The notes under the pieces are model-generated. The model ran no database searches, was not told where the DNA came from, and saw nothing but the letters and a program-made list of their open reading frames with translations. From a virus (taxonomy: Duplodnaviria > Heunggongvirae > Uroviricota > Caudoviricetes), in IMG/VR virus record IMGVR_UViG_2832442593_000001, positions 88,020 to 152,019 of that record: a stretch of DNA of 64,000 nt; one strand, given 5' to 3'. The position numbers and the translations under genes were made by a program. Of this stretch, positions 1 to 9,123 are shown in pieces (within the stretch, counting starts at the first letter, position 1; every line of letters begins with the position of its first letter).

Positions 1-759
1 GGGGTTCAGACAAAATACGTTGAAGTCCTTATGCAGATAAGGAAGCATCGGAAGCAGGTATTTCAGCCCCAGACTCATGGACTCAGTCCTATACATCTGT
101 GCGATAGAGGAGAAATACATCCTCACATACCTGAAACCGCTCTGCTCCGCTTTCGTAGACTCGCGTCGTGTAATCTCACCCCTGCGAAACAGGTCTTGGT
201 TAAACAACCACTCGCCGCGGTCATTCTGCCAGATGAAGTCTCTCTCTCGGAACGTCCGCAGCATTCCCTGAACAACTGGCGCGGTCAGCTGGAACACTTT
301 TGACAAATAGTTCACGATGTCCGGCGGATACACGTCAGCCGCGATCATCAGGTGCTTGTCAGTAGTAGTCAGGAGCATCATCAGCTTCTGCGCCTCGGTT
401 GGCGTGACGTCATAATAGCTCCCGCCTTCGAGCGGGACGCGCAGCCAGACGAAAGAGCCATAGGCCGGAGTGGCTGTTGAAACATCTCGCTTATAAGGCT
501 TCGCGGCTGGATTGGCTCCGATATCTCTAATGCGTGCTTCAAAGAAGTCCGGGTCGAGATAACGGATATCCTTTGGCTCAAGTTTCACCTTGGGGTTGTA
601 GTACCGCAGTACCGAGGTCGGAATATAAGCCCTCTGTCCATTGCCTTCCAGCGTGAAGGGAACAACGGCGGCGAACTCATGTAAATCAGCCCCGGCGTTG
701 GCTATGTCACGCAGGGTCAGCTCGGCCAACTGCGTTTTTTCTGGCTGGGATTTACCCAT
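1..759 (-). CDS. Hypothetical protein directly downstream of iteron array (possible replication-associated module); 3' end runs off window
   Basis: ATG at 759 with GGGAAG RBS. Translated codon by codon to position 1 with no stop. Absent from supplied ORF track because it has no in-window stop. No family recognised. Confidence 0.45.
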   Translation of the reverse strand, partial: MGKSQPEKTQLAELTLRDIANAGADLHEFAAVVPFTLEGNGQRAYIPTSVLRYYNPKVKLEPKDIRYLDPDFFEARIRDIGANPAAKPYKRDVSTATPAYGSFVWLRVPLEGGSYYDVTPTEAQKLMMLLTTTDKHLMIAADVYPPDIVNYLSKVFQLTAPVVQGMLRTFRERDFIWQNDRGEWLFNQDLFRRGEITRRESTKAEQSGFRYVRMYFSSIAQMYRTESMSLGLKYLLPMLPYLHKDFNVFCLNP

Positions 760-768
760 GTTGCTTCC

Positions 769-895
769 CGTCCTTCCAAATCGAACTCGCGTCCTTCCAA
801 ATCAAACCCGCCGTCCTTCCAAATCAAACTTATCGTCCTTCCAAATCAAACTTATCGTCCTTCCAAATCAAACTCGTCGTCCTTCCAAATCAAAC
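769..895. repeat. Six direct 18-bp iterons CGTCCTTCCAAATC(A/G)AAC at 21-22 bp periodicity (candidate origin iterons)
   Basis: Copies start at 769, 790, 812, 834, 856 and 878, i.e. one per helical turn, immediately upstream of the minus-strand gene starting at 759. Confidence 0.8.
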
Positions 896-897
896 CC

Positions 898-953
898 TAA
901 TCATAAATACACTAATCATAAATACATAATCAAAATACTTAATCATAAATACA
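898..953. repeat. AT-rich repeats TAATCATAAATACA (3 copies + 1 degenerate), DUE-like element adjacent to iterons
   Basis: Direct repeats seen at 898, 913 and 940. Confidence 0.6.
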
Positions 954-1056
954 TAGGCTAAGCTGGGCAGATTTTGAAAATGCCAGCCAGAGAAATGGAG
1001 AAATGGAATCACGCGGAATGAGGCTCACTCAGAATGAGGCTTACTCAAGAGGAGCG

Positions 1057-1437
1057 TCACGCTTCGTCTGAACGATTGGTCGGTATATAAATGCGCGGGG
1101 TAGAGAACTGACATTGGCTGTGTCGGCGAATCAGATGTGCTTCTTCAAGTTCCTTAAATATCTGCAGCGCTTTCTTCTCTCCACAAGAGATGTCGTTCAT
1201 AACATCTTTGAGAGAGTAATAGATGAATGGCTCGCCATCTTCGTCAATCCATTCTGGCCGGCTTTTTGATAGCTGCATTCGGTAGAGCATGAGAGAATAC
1301 AGGATCTTCCCAGCCGGAGAGACAGACTTGAGGTCAGGAGTTACGGGGATAGGGATGAAATCGAATCCGCTACGGCCATCGTAGCTGCGGAACTTTGGGT
1401 TCTTCTATGTCGTGTGGATAGCTGGTCGTTTTGCCAT
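1057..1437 (-). CDS. RepA_N-family replication initiator N-terminal domain homologue with in-frame TAG at 1405-1407 (codon 11); either TAG-suppressed/recoded or a pseudogene (alternative internal start at 1290)
   Basis: Strong RBS GGAGGAGG + ATG at 1437. Translation MAKRPAIHTT*KNPKF...PFIYYSLKDVMNDISCGEKKALQIFKELEEAHLIRR aligns with the 18718 RepA_N protein (YVYFSIDSVMESIGCAKAKAVKLMDTLEDWGLIRR). Confidence 0.5.
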
Positions 1438-2539
1438 CTGAATACCTCCTCCGCGGGGTAATTGGATTTTTTTTGCTTCTATTAACTACTATACAAAAAA
1501 GGCGTTTTTGGGACGCGGAGTTAAAGAAAAAGATGCATAAAGATTGAGAATTCTTTTGTGCATGTTGCTGAATGAAAAATAGCCAGCTGAAGTAGACTCT
1601 TCTGGCTGGCTTAGACCTATGCAGCAGTGCTTAGGTAGTAATACTGAAATAGATAAAGCCGACCATTAGAGACCTTGGCCGGCTGTATTTATGATTGGAT
1701 ACGCCCCTGGGATAGAGCAGGTATGGCGAGGTACGTCAATCATTGAAGAACCATTTTCGTTCTGGCGGCAGAATTGAGCTGTAATCGATTTTGACATGCG
1801 GATGGGAAATTATACCACGAGAATACAAAAAGCCAGTACAGGGCATTCTGAGGCGAATACAGGGCATTGTAGGCAATATGTGGAAATGCATGGAAACTAT
1901 AGGGGTGGGTTTTAGAGATCGCGGCGGCTAATTTATATAGCAGAGAACAATCATAGTAGAGCAAGAGTGTGTAGTGCTACATAGTGCTATAGGCAGTATT
2001 CCCTTCTGGCGGGAGATAAGGAGATGATAAGTTAGATACAGGATTGCATGGCAGCTGTAGACCTGCGTGACAGATGCATGATGGAGCTGCAGTAGAGCTT
2101 CCGTAGAGCTTGTGGCTGGCTATACTCGAGCTGACGGTTACAGCAGATTATAGGAATGCACCTTTTTCGAGTGTTCGGGAAAAGAGAGATGGCGAAAACT
2201 CGGGAACAGCGCACGAAATTGAGGAAACGGGGATTAAAGAGGGGAAAAGGGAGGGGGAGGAGAGCGAAAGTTCGGGGAAAAAGGGGAAAAATATGGGGTA
2301 GAGTGAGATGAGGCAACTACCCTGCCTAAAAATAGGAAAAGAACTGAAAAAGTGTAAAATATGCCCCCTTTGATAGAAAAGAGGCATTTACACCGCTGAA
2401 AAGTGCCGAAACGCTGTTTTATAGTATACTCGAAAAGTCGGTTTTTGAGGCAGGCTGATTTTTTGAGGTGTCTTGACACCTATCTTTACGCCTGAAGTTG
2501 GATATATGAACAGTCACTCATATGTTATTTTCTTAACAT

Positions 2540-3470
2540 AGTGTTAGTGTATCCTGTCTCTGTCGATCGGCAGGACAGAGGGCACGACAGGGGCACGCGG
2601 TGCTGTCTGGGCGCGGTATATGCAGGGCGTGACAGAGGGCGAAAATTTCAAAAAATCGGCGCGCAGCACGACGGGAAAAATCTTTTTTGCGCGTTTTTTC
2701 TGATTTTTTCAAAAAACTTATCCGCGCTTAAAACCTGTATTTTCGCCTGTTTTCGCCTGTTTTGCGAACCCCTACGCGCGCGTGCGTTTTCATTATCTTT
2801 GAAAAAATTGCCCCCCAAATTTTTTTTGAAAAAGGGGGTTGACACTGTACGCACAGAGTGCTATACTGTGAGCACAGTCAAGGAACGGCACCCCGCCGGA
2901 CGCCTTGACAGGGACGGCGCTCACCGTGTAGGGCGCGGGGCGCGCCCCCTATAGCGTGAAGTCCGGACGGCGTCCGGCGTGAAGTTTGACAAGTGAACAG
3001 CGACTTCTCGGCTTGTACCGCTTTCCCTCGATAGAGGGCGGGCGGGTTTCGAGTGCACCGCTTTTCCCTCGATAGAGGGCGGGCGGGCGTTATGCTTGAC
3101 AAGCTGAGAAGAACAGCTGTGAAATACCGCTTTCCGGTCGTGCATAACGGAATTGCACGACTTTCCGCAAGCGCGTTGCGCTTGCGGGCGGGAAAGTGCT
3201 TGCGTTCTGCATATGCGGTTCAATCGTGACAGGTGCACCGCGCAGAGTAGACAAGAACGGGCTTAGCCCCCGCAAGCAAGCTACGTTTAGCGTGTCCGTG
3301 AAAACACGCACCAAAACCGCGCAAGCGGTGGCGGGGTTTGCGGTTATCCAAAACCGCGCAGGCAGTACATAACAGGTTTACCCCCGGGGGGTCCCCTTCA
3401 ATTGACCCCCCGGTGCCAATGCCGCAAGGCAAGTACATATTCACGCAAGGACTTTACATACTGGAGGTTT
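2540..3470 (+). promoter_or_regulatory. Early control region with several TTGACA boxes, GC palindromes and a duplicated ~30-bp element (3010-3040 / 3058-3090: CCGCTTTCCCTCGATAGAGGGCGGGCGGG)
   Basis: No credible ORF. TTGACA at 2839, 2905, 2984 and 3096. Palindromes GGGCGCGGGGCGCGCCCC (2930) and CCCCCGGGGGG (3385). Divergent gene orientation either side. Confidence 0.5.
2839..2867 (+). promoter_or_regulatory. Consensus sigma-A type promoter TTGACA-17-TATACT
   Basis: Perfect -35, 17-nt spacer and near-consensus -10; first plus-strand gene lies downstream. Confidence 0.6.
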
Positions 3471-3474
3471 TATT

Positions 3475-4206
3475 ATGACTATGGAAAACATTAAGAACGC
3501 TGTCAAGGCGTACAACGACAACCGCGACACCGCAACCGCAACCGTAAGCGCAAAGGCGTTTGCAAGCATTGATGAATCGTGCAAGGATATCAGCAAGCAG
3601 AACCGCAAGTCTGCTCTGTCTGCTCTGGTTGCTTCCGGCAACCGTTCCGACGTTCTCACCGCGTTCGTAATGGGGTACACTTACAACCGTGTATCCGTCA
3701 AGATTGACAAGGACACCGGCAAGGCGGTTGTCGCTGAGACGCCCACCGAATTGCAATGGAAGCACGCAAACAAGGCATACGCCGACGCTCACGACGGTGC
3801 AAGCCTTGCGGACTCTGTCGGCTTTAACGCCCTTGCCGACGGCTTTTTTGACCACCTGTTCAAGGGTCACGTCCGTCTTCAGGGGCGCGGTGGCAAGTCT
3901 GCCGTGCTCGTAAGCAAGACGAAAGACGGCGTTATCCGTGACACCCTCACGCCGGACTTTGAAGCAAACGACGCAATCAGCGCAACCAAGGCAATGAAAA
4001 TGCTGGCTGACCTGTACACGGCACTGTTGCCGGAAGATATCCGCGTAAAGCCGTGCAAGTGCGATCTGATCCGCCTGCACGACGCGGTTATCACTCCGCG
4101 CGGTGGCAAACAGCTTAAGTCGTCCTCTGACACTCTGTACAAGCAGTTCTTTATGGGCGTTCGCGTCCGTATCACTGGCAACGCATACGAGGTTTACGAG
4201 AAGTAA
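3475..4206 (+). CDS. Hypothetical protein (first gene after early promoters, GC-rich island)
   Basis: ORF track; GGAGG RBS 9 nt upstream. The antisense 3454-4371 ORF is judged a GC artefact. Confidence 0.6.
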   Translation: MTMENIKNAVKAYNDNRDTATATVSAKAFASIDESCKDISKQNRKSALSALVASGNRSDVLTAFVMGYTYNRVSVKIDKDTGKAVVAETPTELQWKHANKAYADAHDGASLADSVGFNALADGFFDHLFKGHVRLQGRGGKSAVLVSKTKDGVIRDTLTPDFEANDAISATKAMKMLADLYTALLPEDIRVKPCKCDLIRLHDAVITPRGGKQLKSSSDTLYKQFFMGVRVRITGNAYEVYEK

Positions 4207-4312
4207 CCGATAGGGCGGTGCAAACCGCCCATGCCCGCAACAGTCCAACCTCCACGCGGTGCGGGTGGATAACCAACCAATGGACTGAAAACAACGCAAA
4301 GGAAGTGCAATT

Positions 4313-4849
4313 ATGAGCTTTGAAAACTGGGAAAGAGGAACCCGCAACGCAAGCGGGGCAAAAGTCCGCACTTACACAAGTGACCTACCTCGACTTCGTA
4401 TGAGCACACCGAGATCTGGGTTTGTGCCTTTTCAGTACGAAAAAGCCTACGGCGTAAAGAATGCTGTAGGCTTTCGCATGGCGGAAAAGTGCACGCAGGC
4501 AAAGATTCCGGCATGGTCGCGCAAGAACGATTTTGCCGCAGTCCACGCGGCAACCGGTCGCAAACTACCGGAGAACGTAGCCGCGGCATTGTTCGTAGCA
4601 ATCGCAATGCCTACGAGCAAACGTGCCGTCCGCAACCGCCGCCACGCAATAAACGTGTTACGTGATTTCTGCGCAGGCGAAAACCACCGCGCAACGCAAG
4701 CCGCAATGATCGCGTTCAGTCGCGATTACGCAACCGTGAAGGTTTGCGGCGAAAACGCAGCAACGCCTGCAACCGTAGCAATCCTGGTTGACGGTCTGCG
4801 TCGCGCTGGCTATGCAATCGTAAAGCCGGCGCGTCCGGCATCTTTCTAA
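4313..4849 (+). CDS. Hypothetical protein
   Basis: ORF track; AGGAAG RBS. Confidence 0.55.
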   Translation: MSFENWERGTRNASGAKVRTYTSDLPRLRMSTPRSGFVPFQYEKAYGVKNAVGFRMAEKCTQAKIPAWSRKNDFAAVHAATGRKLPENVAAALFVAIAMPTSKRAVRNRRHAINVLRDFCAGENHRATQAAMIAFSRDYATVKVCGENAATPATVAILVDGLRRAGYAIVKPARPASF

Positions 4850-4948
4850 TCCGAAAGTATACCTTTTTACTCTGCGATAAGAGCAAAATAATCGCAATAC
4901 CATAGGGAAAGTGCACCCTTTTTACATCAATCACCGCCGCGTAAAAAA

Positions 4949-4977
4949 TTGACCTTTTCCTAAGTTCATGATAAAAT
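4949..4977 (+). promoter_or_regulatory. Promoter TTGACC-17-TAAAAT
   Basis: Upstream of the RHH gene at 5008. Confidence 0.5.
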
Positions 4978-5007
4978 GAGCCTATACATAACATAGGCGG
5001 TGAAATA

Positions 5008-5202
5008 ATGAATAAGAATCAATATGATAGTGATTTTGTAAAAAGAAACTACGATAGGGTTTCATTCCAAGTTCCCAAAGGAGGAAAAGATATACTCAAG
5101 AAAGAATGTGACATACGAGGGTTTTCTGGAATGAACGCCCTTATTACCAACGCTATATTGGAAGCATATGGGATAGATCTCCGCAAGAAAACCGAAAAGT
5201 AA
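5008..5202 (+). CDS. Ribbon-helix-helix (Arc/CopG-like) DNA-binding protein
   Basis: RVSFQVPKGGKDILKKECDIRGFSGMNALITNAILEAY resembles an RHH beta-strand plus helices. Paralogue of the next gene. Confidence 0.55.
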   Translation: MNKNQYDSDFVKRNYDRVSFQVPKGGKDILKKECDIRGFSGMNALITNAILEAYGIDLRKKTEK

Positions 5203-5206
5203 ACAA

Positions 5207-5238
5207 GCCCCGGAACACTGTCGTTCCGGGGCTTTTCC
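5207..5238 (+). terminator. Rho-independent terminator
   Basis: GCCCCGGAACACTGTCGTTCCGGGGC hairpin followed by TTTTCC. Confidence 0.7.
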
Positions 5239-5259
5239 TTGCTCAAAGGAGGGAATTAT

Positions 5260-5502
5260 ATGTCAGAACAAACGATAGTGGACTACGATGCACTCGCAGC
5301 TCTGTGTATTGCTGAAATCGAGAAAGCAAAAGCTACTCCTCGCAGCAAATATGACAAAATTACTTTAAGTCTACCCAAAGGGAGTAAAGACTATCTTAAA
5401 ACACAAGCCGCTATTCGTGGCAAAAAAAGTGTAACAGAGTTAGTAACTGACGCAATCGAAAGTTACTGCGACGTAACATTGAAAAAAACCGACCGGGAAT
5501 AA
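5260..5502 (+). CDS. Ribbon-helix-helix DNA-binding protein (paralogue of 5008)
   Basis: ITLSLPKGSKDYLKTQAAIRGKKSVTELVTDAIESY; AAGGAGGG RBS. Start moved to the ATG at 5260. Confidence 0.55.
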   Translation: MSEQTIVDYDALAALCIAEIEKAKATPRSKYDKITLSLPKGSKDYLKTQAAIRGKKSVTELVTDAIESYCDVTLKKTDRE

Positions 5503-5520
5503 ACTCGGTCGGTTTTTATT
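5488..5520. terminator. Bidirectional rho-independent terminator between convergent genes
   Basis: ACCGACCG...CGGTCGGT stem followed by a T-run. Confidence 0.65.
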
Positions 5521-5995
5521 AGCAATCTTTCCATTCAAAATCGTAAACAGAGTTCTTTTCGAGATAATCAGGCTTAGGAAGTTCCATGTTAATATGTTTC
5601 TCGAAAGTCAAGAGATATTTTTTGATAGAAAAATCTCTCCCGGTTAAGAATAAATTCGCTTGGCTCCGCAAGAAAAGTTCCGCAGGACCTTTATGCATAC
5701 GCTCAGCTTGTTTGAGTTTTGCAACTCCTGTGATTGTTTTGTCGTCGATTTGCTGATAAAAAATAATTTTCTGCAACCGCATGACATCACAATGCAAATA
5801 TTTAGACAATTCGACAAGATTGGGATATTTGATTGCTAATTTGAATACTTTTTCGGTGAAAGCGTCATCGTTTTCTACTTTGCAATTATCAAGAAATAAT
5901 TGTAAATAATTACGACTACTTTCGCTTTCACAAGCATTCAATTTTTGGTACACAATAAAATCTATCACATTGTCCAAATCTTCTTTTGTGTACAT
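5519..5995 (-). CDS. Hypothetical protein, low-GC moron on opposite strand
   Basis: ORF track; GAGGTG RBS on minus strand. About 35% GC against ~50% for neighbours. Confidence 0.6.
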   Translation of the reverse strand: MYTKEDLDNVIDFIVYQKLNACESESSRNYLQLFLDNCKVENDDAFTEKVFKLAIKYPNLVELSKYLHCDVMRLQKIIFYQQIDDKTITGVAKLKQAERMHKGPAELFLRSQANLFLTGRDFSIKKYLLTFEKHINMELPKPDYLEKNSVYDFEWKDC

Positions 5996-6102
5996 AATTT
6001 CACCTCGCTTTCTACCGCAATCATATCATAACAACCCAATAAATACAAGCACCCAATCCGGGTGCTTTTTTCATGCCCAAAAATAGAAAGGAAGTTTCAC
6101 CT

Positions 6103-6432
6103 ATGAAAACAGCAATCGCAATGCTCCTCGCAGCTCTCGCAACCACTTCGACCGCAACCGCACCGGTAGCAAACGCAAACGCAACCGAAACGAAAATAAA
6201 TCCGGTTGCCCTCGAATACGCAACCGAATACCGCACCACTACTGCGGAAGTAACCGGCATTGCATGGTATCCCACGCACACCACAAGCAATTTCGCAACG
6301 CCAGACGGTCACGAATGGGCAGTCTGTGACGAACTTAACCCGGAAGCGTCCTATCTGGTTGTATTCGACACAATGGGAACCGCAGACCTCACGGACGATG
6401 AGGTTATCGCAATGGTTCCGATTCAGAAGTAA
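6103..6432 (+). CDS. Hypothetical secreted protein (N-terminal signal peptide)
   Basis: MKTAIAMLLAALATTSTATA hydrophobic N-terminus. GAAAGGAAG RBS before the ATG at 6103. Confidence 0.55.
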   Translation: MKTAIAMLLAALATTSTATAPVANANATETKINPVALEYATEYRTTTAEVTGIAWYPTHTTSNFATPDGHEWAVCDELNPEASYLVVFDTMGTADLTDDEVIAMVPIQK

Positions 6433-6503
6433 ACCAACCCAAAACCGGCCGGGAACGAAAACAAAACCGACCGGAAACGAAAACAAAAAAGGAGTAAAAC
6501 AAA

Positions 6504-6827
6504 ATGAAAATTATCAACTGCACACCGCACGCAATCAACTTCCTGCGCGAGGACAATTCCGTTCTCGTAACCATCGAGCCGAGCGGCACGATTGCCCGCG
6601 CTTCCCAGACCCGCGAAAGGGTTTCCGAAGTAAACGAAATTCCGGTGAATCAGTGCTCGTATGGCGCTGTCACCGGTTTGCCTGATCCGCAGGACGGAAC
6701 AATTTATCTTGTGTCTGCGCTGACTGCGCAGGCATGCCGCAACCGTTCCGACGTTTTCATTGTGGACGACGCAGTCCGCAACGAATCCGGTCAGATTATC
6801 GGCTGTCGAGCAATCGCTCACATCTGA
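6504..6827 (+). CDS. Hypothetical protein
   Basis: ORF track; AAAGGAG RBS. Confidence 0.6.
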   Translation: MKIINCTPHAINFLREDNSVLVTIEPSGTIARASQTRERVSEVNEIPVNQCSYGAVTGLPDPQDGTIYLVSALTAQACRNRSDVFIVDDAVRNESGQIIGCRAIAHI

Positions 6828-6995
6828 TGATCAGCAATAAAAACGAAAGAGGGGATGCCTATGATTGCGGAGCACGGGAAAAAGCCTGTGCCCAACAATA
6901 GAAAAGGCCGAGCCTTTCGGGTCTTGCAATCTGCACCGCAGGGCGGAGAACAAGAAACCGAAAGGCAAGTAATTTGAAAATGATTCCTGCCGGAA

Positions 6996-7029
6996 GGTTC
7001 TCGAGGGTTCATCCTTAAAGCCCTCATCC
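6996..7029 (+). promoter_or_regulatory. Conserved hairpin motif GGTTCTCGAGGGTTCATCCTTAAAGCCCTC (copy 1)
   Basis: Second copy at 9060 carries compensatory stem changes (GAGGG/CCCTC versus GCGGG/CCCGC). Confidence 0.5.
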
Positions 7030-7077
7030 ACAATTCAAACCGAAACAATTTCTAATACAAGAGAGGAGCAAACCAAA

Positions 7078-7377
7078 ATGAAAGAGTTCAAACACGTTCA
7101 TTATTTCCCTGTCGATGAATATATGATGGGAATGGCACGCAACAGCGATCTCGTAAAACGAGGTCTATCACAGCAGACCGCAGCTGCAATCTTCGCGGTC
7201 AGTTACGCGGAAGGATTGCTCGACGATGCCAACGAATACCATTGGCAGGCTCGAGCGTTCAATGATCTCGAAGCGGAAGAAACCGCTATCGAGTACGAGC
7301 AGCTCGCGGAAATGTACCGCAATTATGCTCGGAAAAACGGCGCAGGCTACATGCTGGAAGGGAGTAAATCGAAATGA
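7078..7377 (+). CDS. Hypothetical protein
   Basis: ORF track; GAGAGGAG RBS. Confidence 0.6.
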   Translation: MKEFKHVHYFPVDEYMMGMARNSDLVKRGLSQQTAAAIFAVSYAEGLLDDANEYHWQARAFNDLEAEETAIEYEQLAEMYRNYARKNGAGYMLEGSKSK

Positions 7378-7571
7378 AAACAACCGCAACCACACCGCGC
7401 AAGTGGCGTAACGTCTACCTCACCCACAACGAATGGGATAAACTCCGTCCCGCAATCAAATCGGCCGCGATCAGTTACAGCGCAAGCGGCTGTTTCGAGG
7501 GAATCTATCTCGAAGTATACGTGAACAAAACAGAAGCAAACCAGATTGAAAACGATCTGGAAACACTCTGA
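7374..7571 (+). CDS. Hypothetical protein
   Basis: ORF track; ATGA overlap with the upstream gene. Confidence 0.5.
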   Translation: MKTTATTPRKWRNVYLTHNEWDKLRPAIKSAAISYSASGCFEGIYLEVYVNKTEANQIENDLETL

Positions 7572-7599
7572 AACAGAACTGGAACGGAGGTAAAACGAA

Positions 7600-7863
7600 A
7601 TGAAAATCGAAATGCTCTGGAATATGGATGACGTTCGTTTCATGTGTATCCGCTACGATTATTGCAGCGGAATGGACAGTGACGAATACGAGCGCCTGCT
7701 CCATTACATCCGCGATCATGAATGCACTGCGGAAGAAATCGAATATGTAGCCGCATGGATTGCCGACTACAGCGATTTCGAAGGTTATACAAGCGAGGAA
7801 GCCATCCTTTCGGTTGCATACTCGTTGCTTAACAAATGCGTTAAGCACATCCCTACAATCTAA
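7600..7863 (+). CDS. Hypothetical protein
   Basis: ORF track; GGAGG RBS. Confidence 0.55.
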   Translation: MKIEMLWNMDDVRFMCIRYDYCSGMDSDEYERLLHYIRDHECTAEEIEYVAAWIADYSDFEGYTSEEAILSVAYSLLNKCVKHIPTI

Positions 7864-7937
7864 TGCAATGCCAGTAGCACCCGCAAAAGGGTGCATTTTT
7901 TATACCCAAAAATCAGAGTAACGGAAAGGAAATAATC

Positions 7938-8147
7938 ATGAAACACTACTTTTCTACCGCAATGTTTGCAGTGCTCGCTATCATGGCAACTGTTGCTACG
8001 GTTGCAACCGGCGAGGATAACTTCCTCGGAACGGTTGTATTCGGAACGTTCGCAATCGGCGATTTCTGGAATACTACGAAGCATTTGTACCGCCGATACA
8101 AGGCGGAAACAAATTACCACGGCAAACACAGCCGCCGCGCAGCCTGA
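7938..8147 (+). CDS. Small hydrophobic (membrane) protein
   Basis: ORF track; AVLAIMATVATVATG hydrophobic stretch. Confidence 0.5.
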   Translation: MKHYFSTAMFAVLAIMATVATVATGEDNFLGTVVFGTFAIGDFWNTTKHLYRRYKAETNYHGKHSRRAA

Positions 8148-8160
8148 AAGGAGAATACAT

Positions 8161-9003
8161 ATGGCAGATGTTAACACGAAACGGATACTGGATGTTCTGG
8201 GGCACGCAATCGAGCTTGCCCAGAACGAACTTGAGAGCAGCCCGCCGGAGTATGGACAGCCTGCAGCTCCACAGCGGACTGAAACCACGCTCCAACCAGT
8301 ACCCGAAACCGGGTCAAAAAATAATCCGCTTCTGACGAGCAGTAAGATCGAAACGTTTTACCACCCAAACTTCGGAACAATCGAAGCCACAAAGATTGGT
8401 GGTAAGCCGTATTTCAAAGCACTTTCGATTCTCTCTGCGCTGGGTTATAAAAATCCCGCAAGCGTTGCGGAATTATGCCCATTCAAGAAAGTAATCCGCG
8501 CTCCAAAGTCGAATGGCTCGGTTGATTCTGTGACGTATTTATCACAGTATGACGTCCATTCGCTTATAAATCGCCGCAAAATTGAGCTGCTTTTCGAGTT
8601 TGAGCGATGGATTGACGAGGAAATCGTTCCGACACTTTGCGGCAAGCCATTGCAAAAGAAAATCTATCCGCCGATGAAGCAATTCAAGCATGACGAATAC
8701 GGAACCGTTCTTGCAACTCTGGTTGATGGCGAGGTGTACTACAGAACCATCGACATTTGCAAGATTTGCGGATATAACCGCACTGCGGTTGCAAACATAT
8801 CCGACAAATATTACTTTGCAGGGCCTCGTGATATCTGCGGATCTAATTCAACTTTCATCAAAGCGGAGACAGTTCACTCGGTGTTCCGGCGTAAAAAGCT
8901 GGATAAAATTCCAGTCACAAAAAAGATGCTTGACTGGGTAATCTACGACATTTCGGAACAAATGAAAGCTGAATTCACCGACAGCGATTCCACAATCGCT
9001 TAA
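8161..9003 (+). CDS. Bro-N domain protein (phage antirepressor-like DNA-binding protein)
   Basis: FGTIEATKIGGKPYFKALSILSALGYKNPASVAELC matches the Bro-N pattern. AAAGGAGAA RBS. Start moved to the ATG at 8161. Confidence 0.6.
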   Translation: MADVNTKRILDVLGHAIELAQNELESSPPEYGQPAAPQRTETTLQPVPETGSKNNPLLTSSKIETFYHPNFGTIEATKIGGKPYFKALSILSALGYKNPASVAELCPFKKVIRAPKSNGSVDSVTYLSQYDVHSLINRRKIELLFEFERWIDEEIVPTLCGKPLQKKIYPPMKQFKHDEYGTVLATLVDGEVYYRTIDICKICGYNRTAVANISDKYYFAGPRDICGSNSTFIKAETVHSVFRRKKLDKIPVTKKMLDWVIYDISEQMKAEFTDSDSTIA

Positions 9004-9020
9004 CTGGAAATAATTACAAC

Positions 9021-9062
9021 GTCCCAAATCAGGGCGATTTGTATAGTAAATAATGTAGAGGT
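9021..9062 (+). promoter_or_regulatory. Variant copy of repeated promoter/operator element (GTCCCAAATCAGGGCGATTTGTATAGTAAATAATGTAGAGG)
   Basis: Matches the conserved element at 23314, 34896 and 46482. Confidence 0.5.
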
Positions 9063-9093
9063 TCTCGCGGGTTCATCCTTAAAGCCCGCAGCC
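9060..9093 (+). promoter_or_regulatory. Conserved hairpin motif copy 2 (GCGGG...CCCGC stem, same loop TTCATCCTTAAAG)
   Basis: Covaries with copy 1 at 6996. Confidence 0.5.
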
Positions 9094-9123
9094 AACCTAA
9101 ATAAGGCAAGGAGGCAATACATA

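Noticed and set aside
2541-2954. 137-aa plus ORF in the early control region
   Set aside because: Overlaps promoter boxes and palindromes. Arg/Gly-rich junk translation, and no RBS.
3454-4371. 305-aa minus-strand ORF overlapping the 3475-4206 gene
   Set aside because: The region is ~60% GC, where long antisense ORFs arise by chance. The plus-strand ORF has a GGAGG RBS and lies downstream of plus-oriented consensus promoters.
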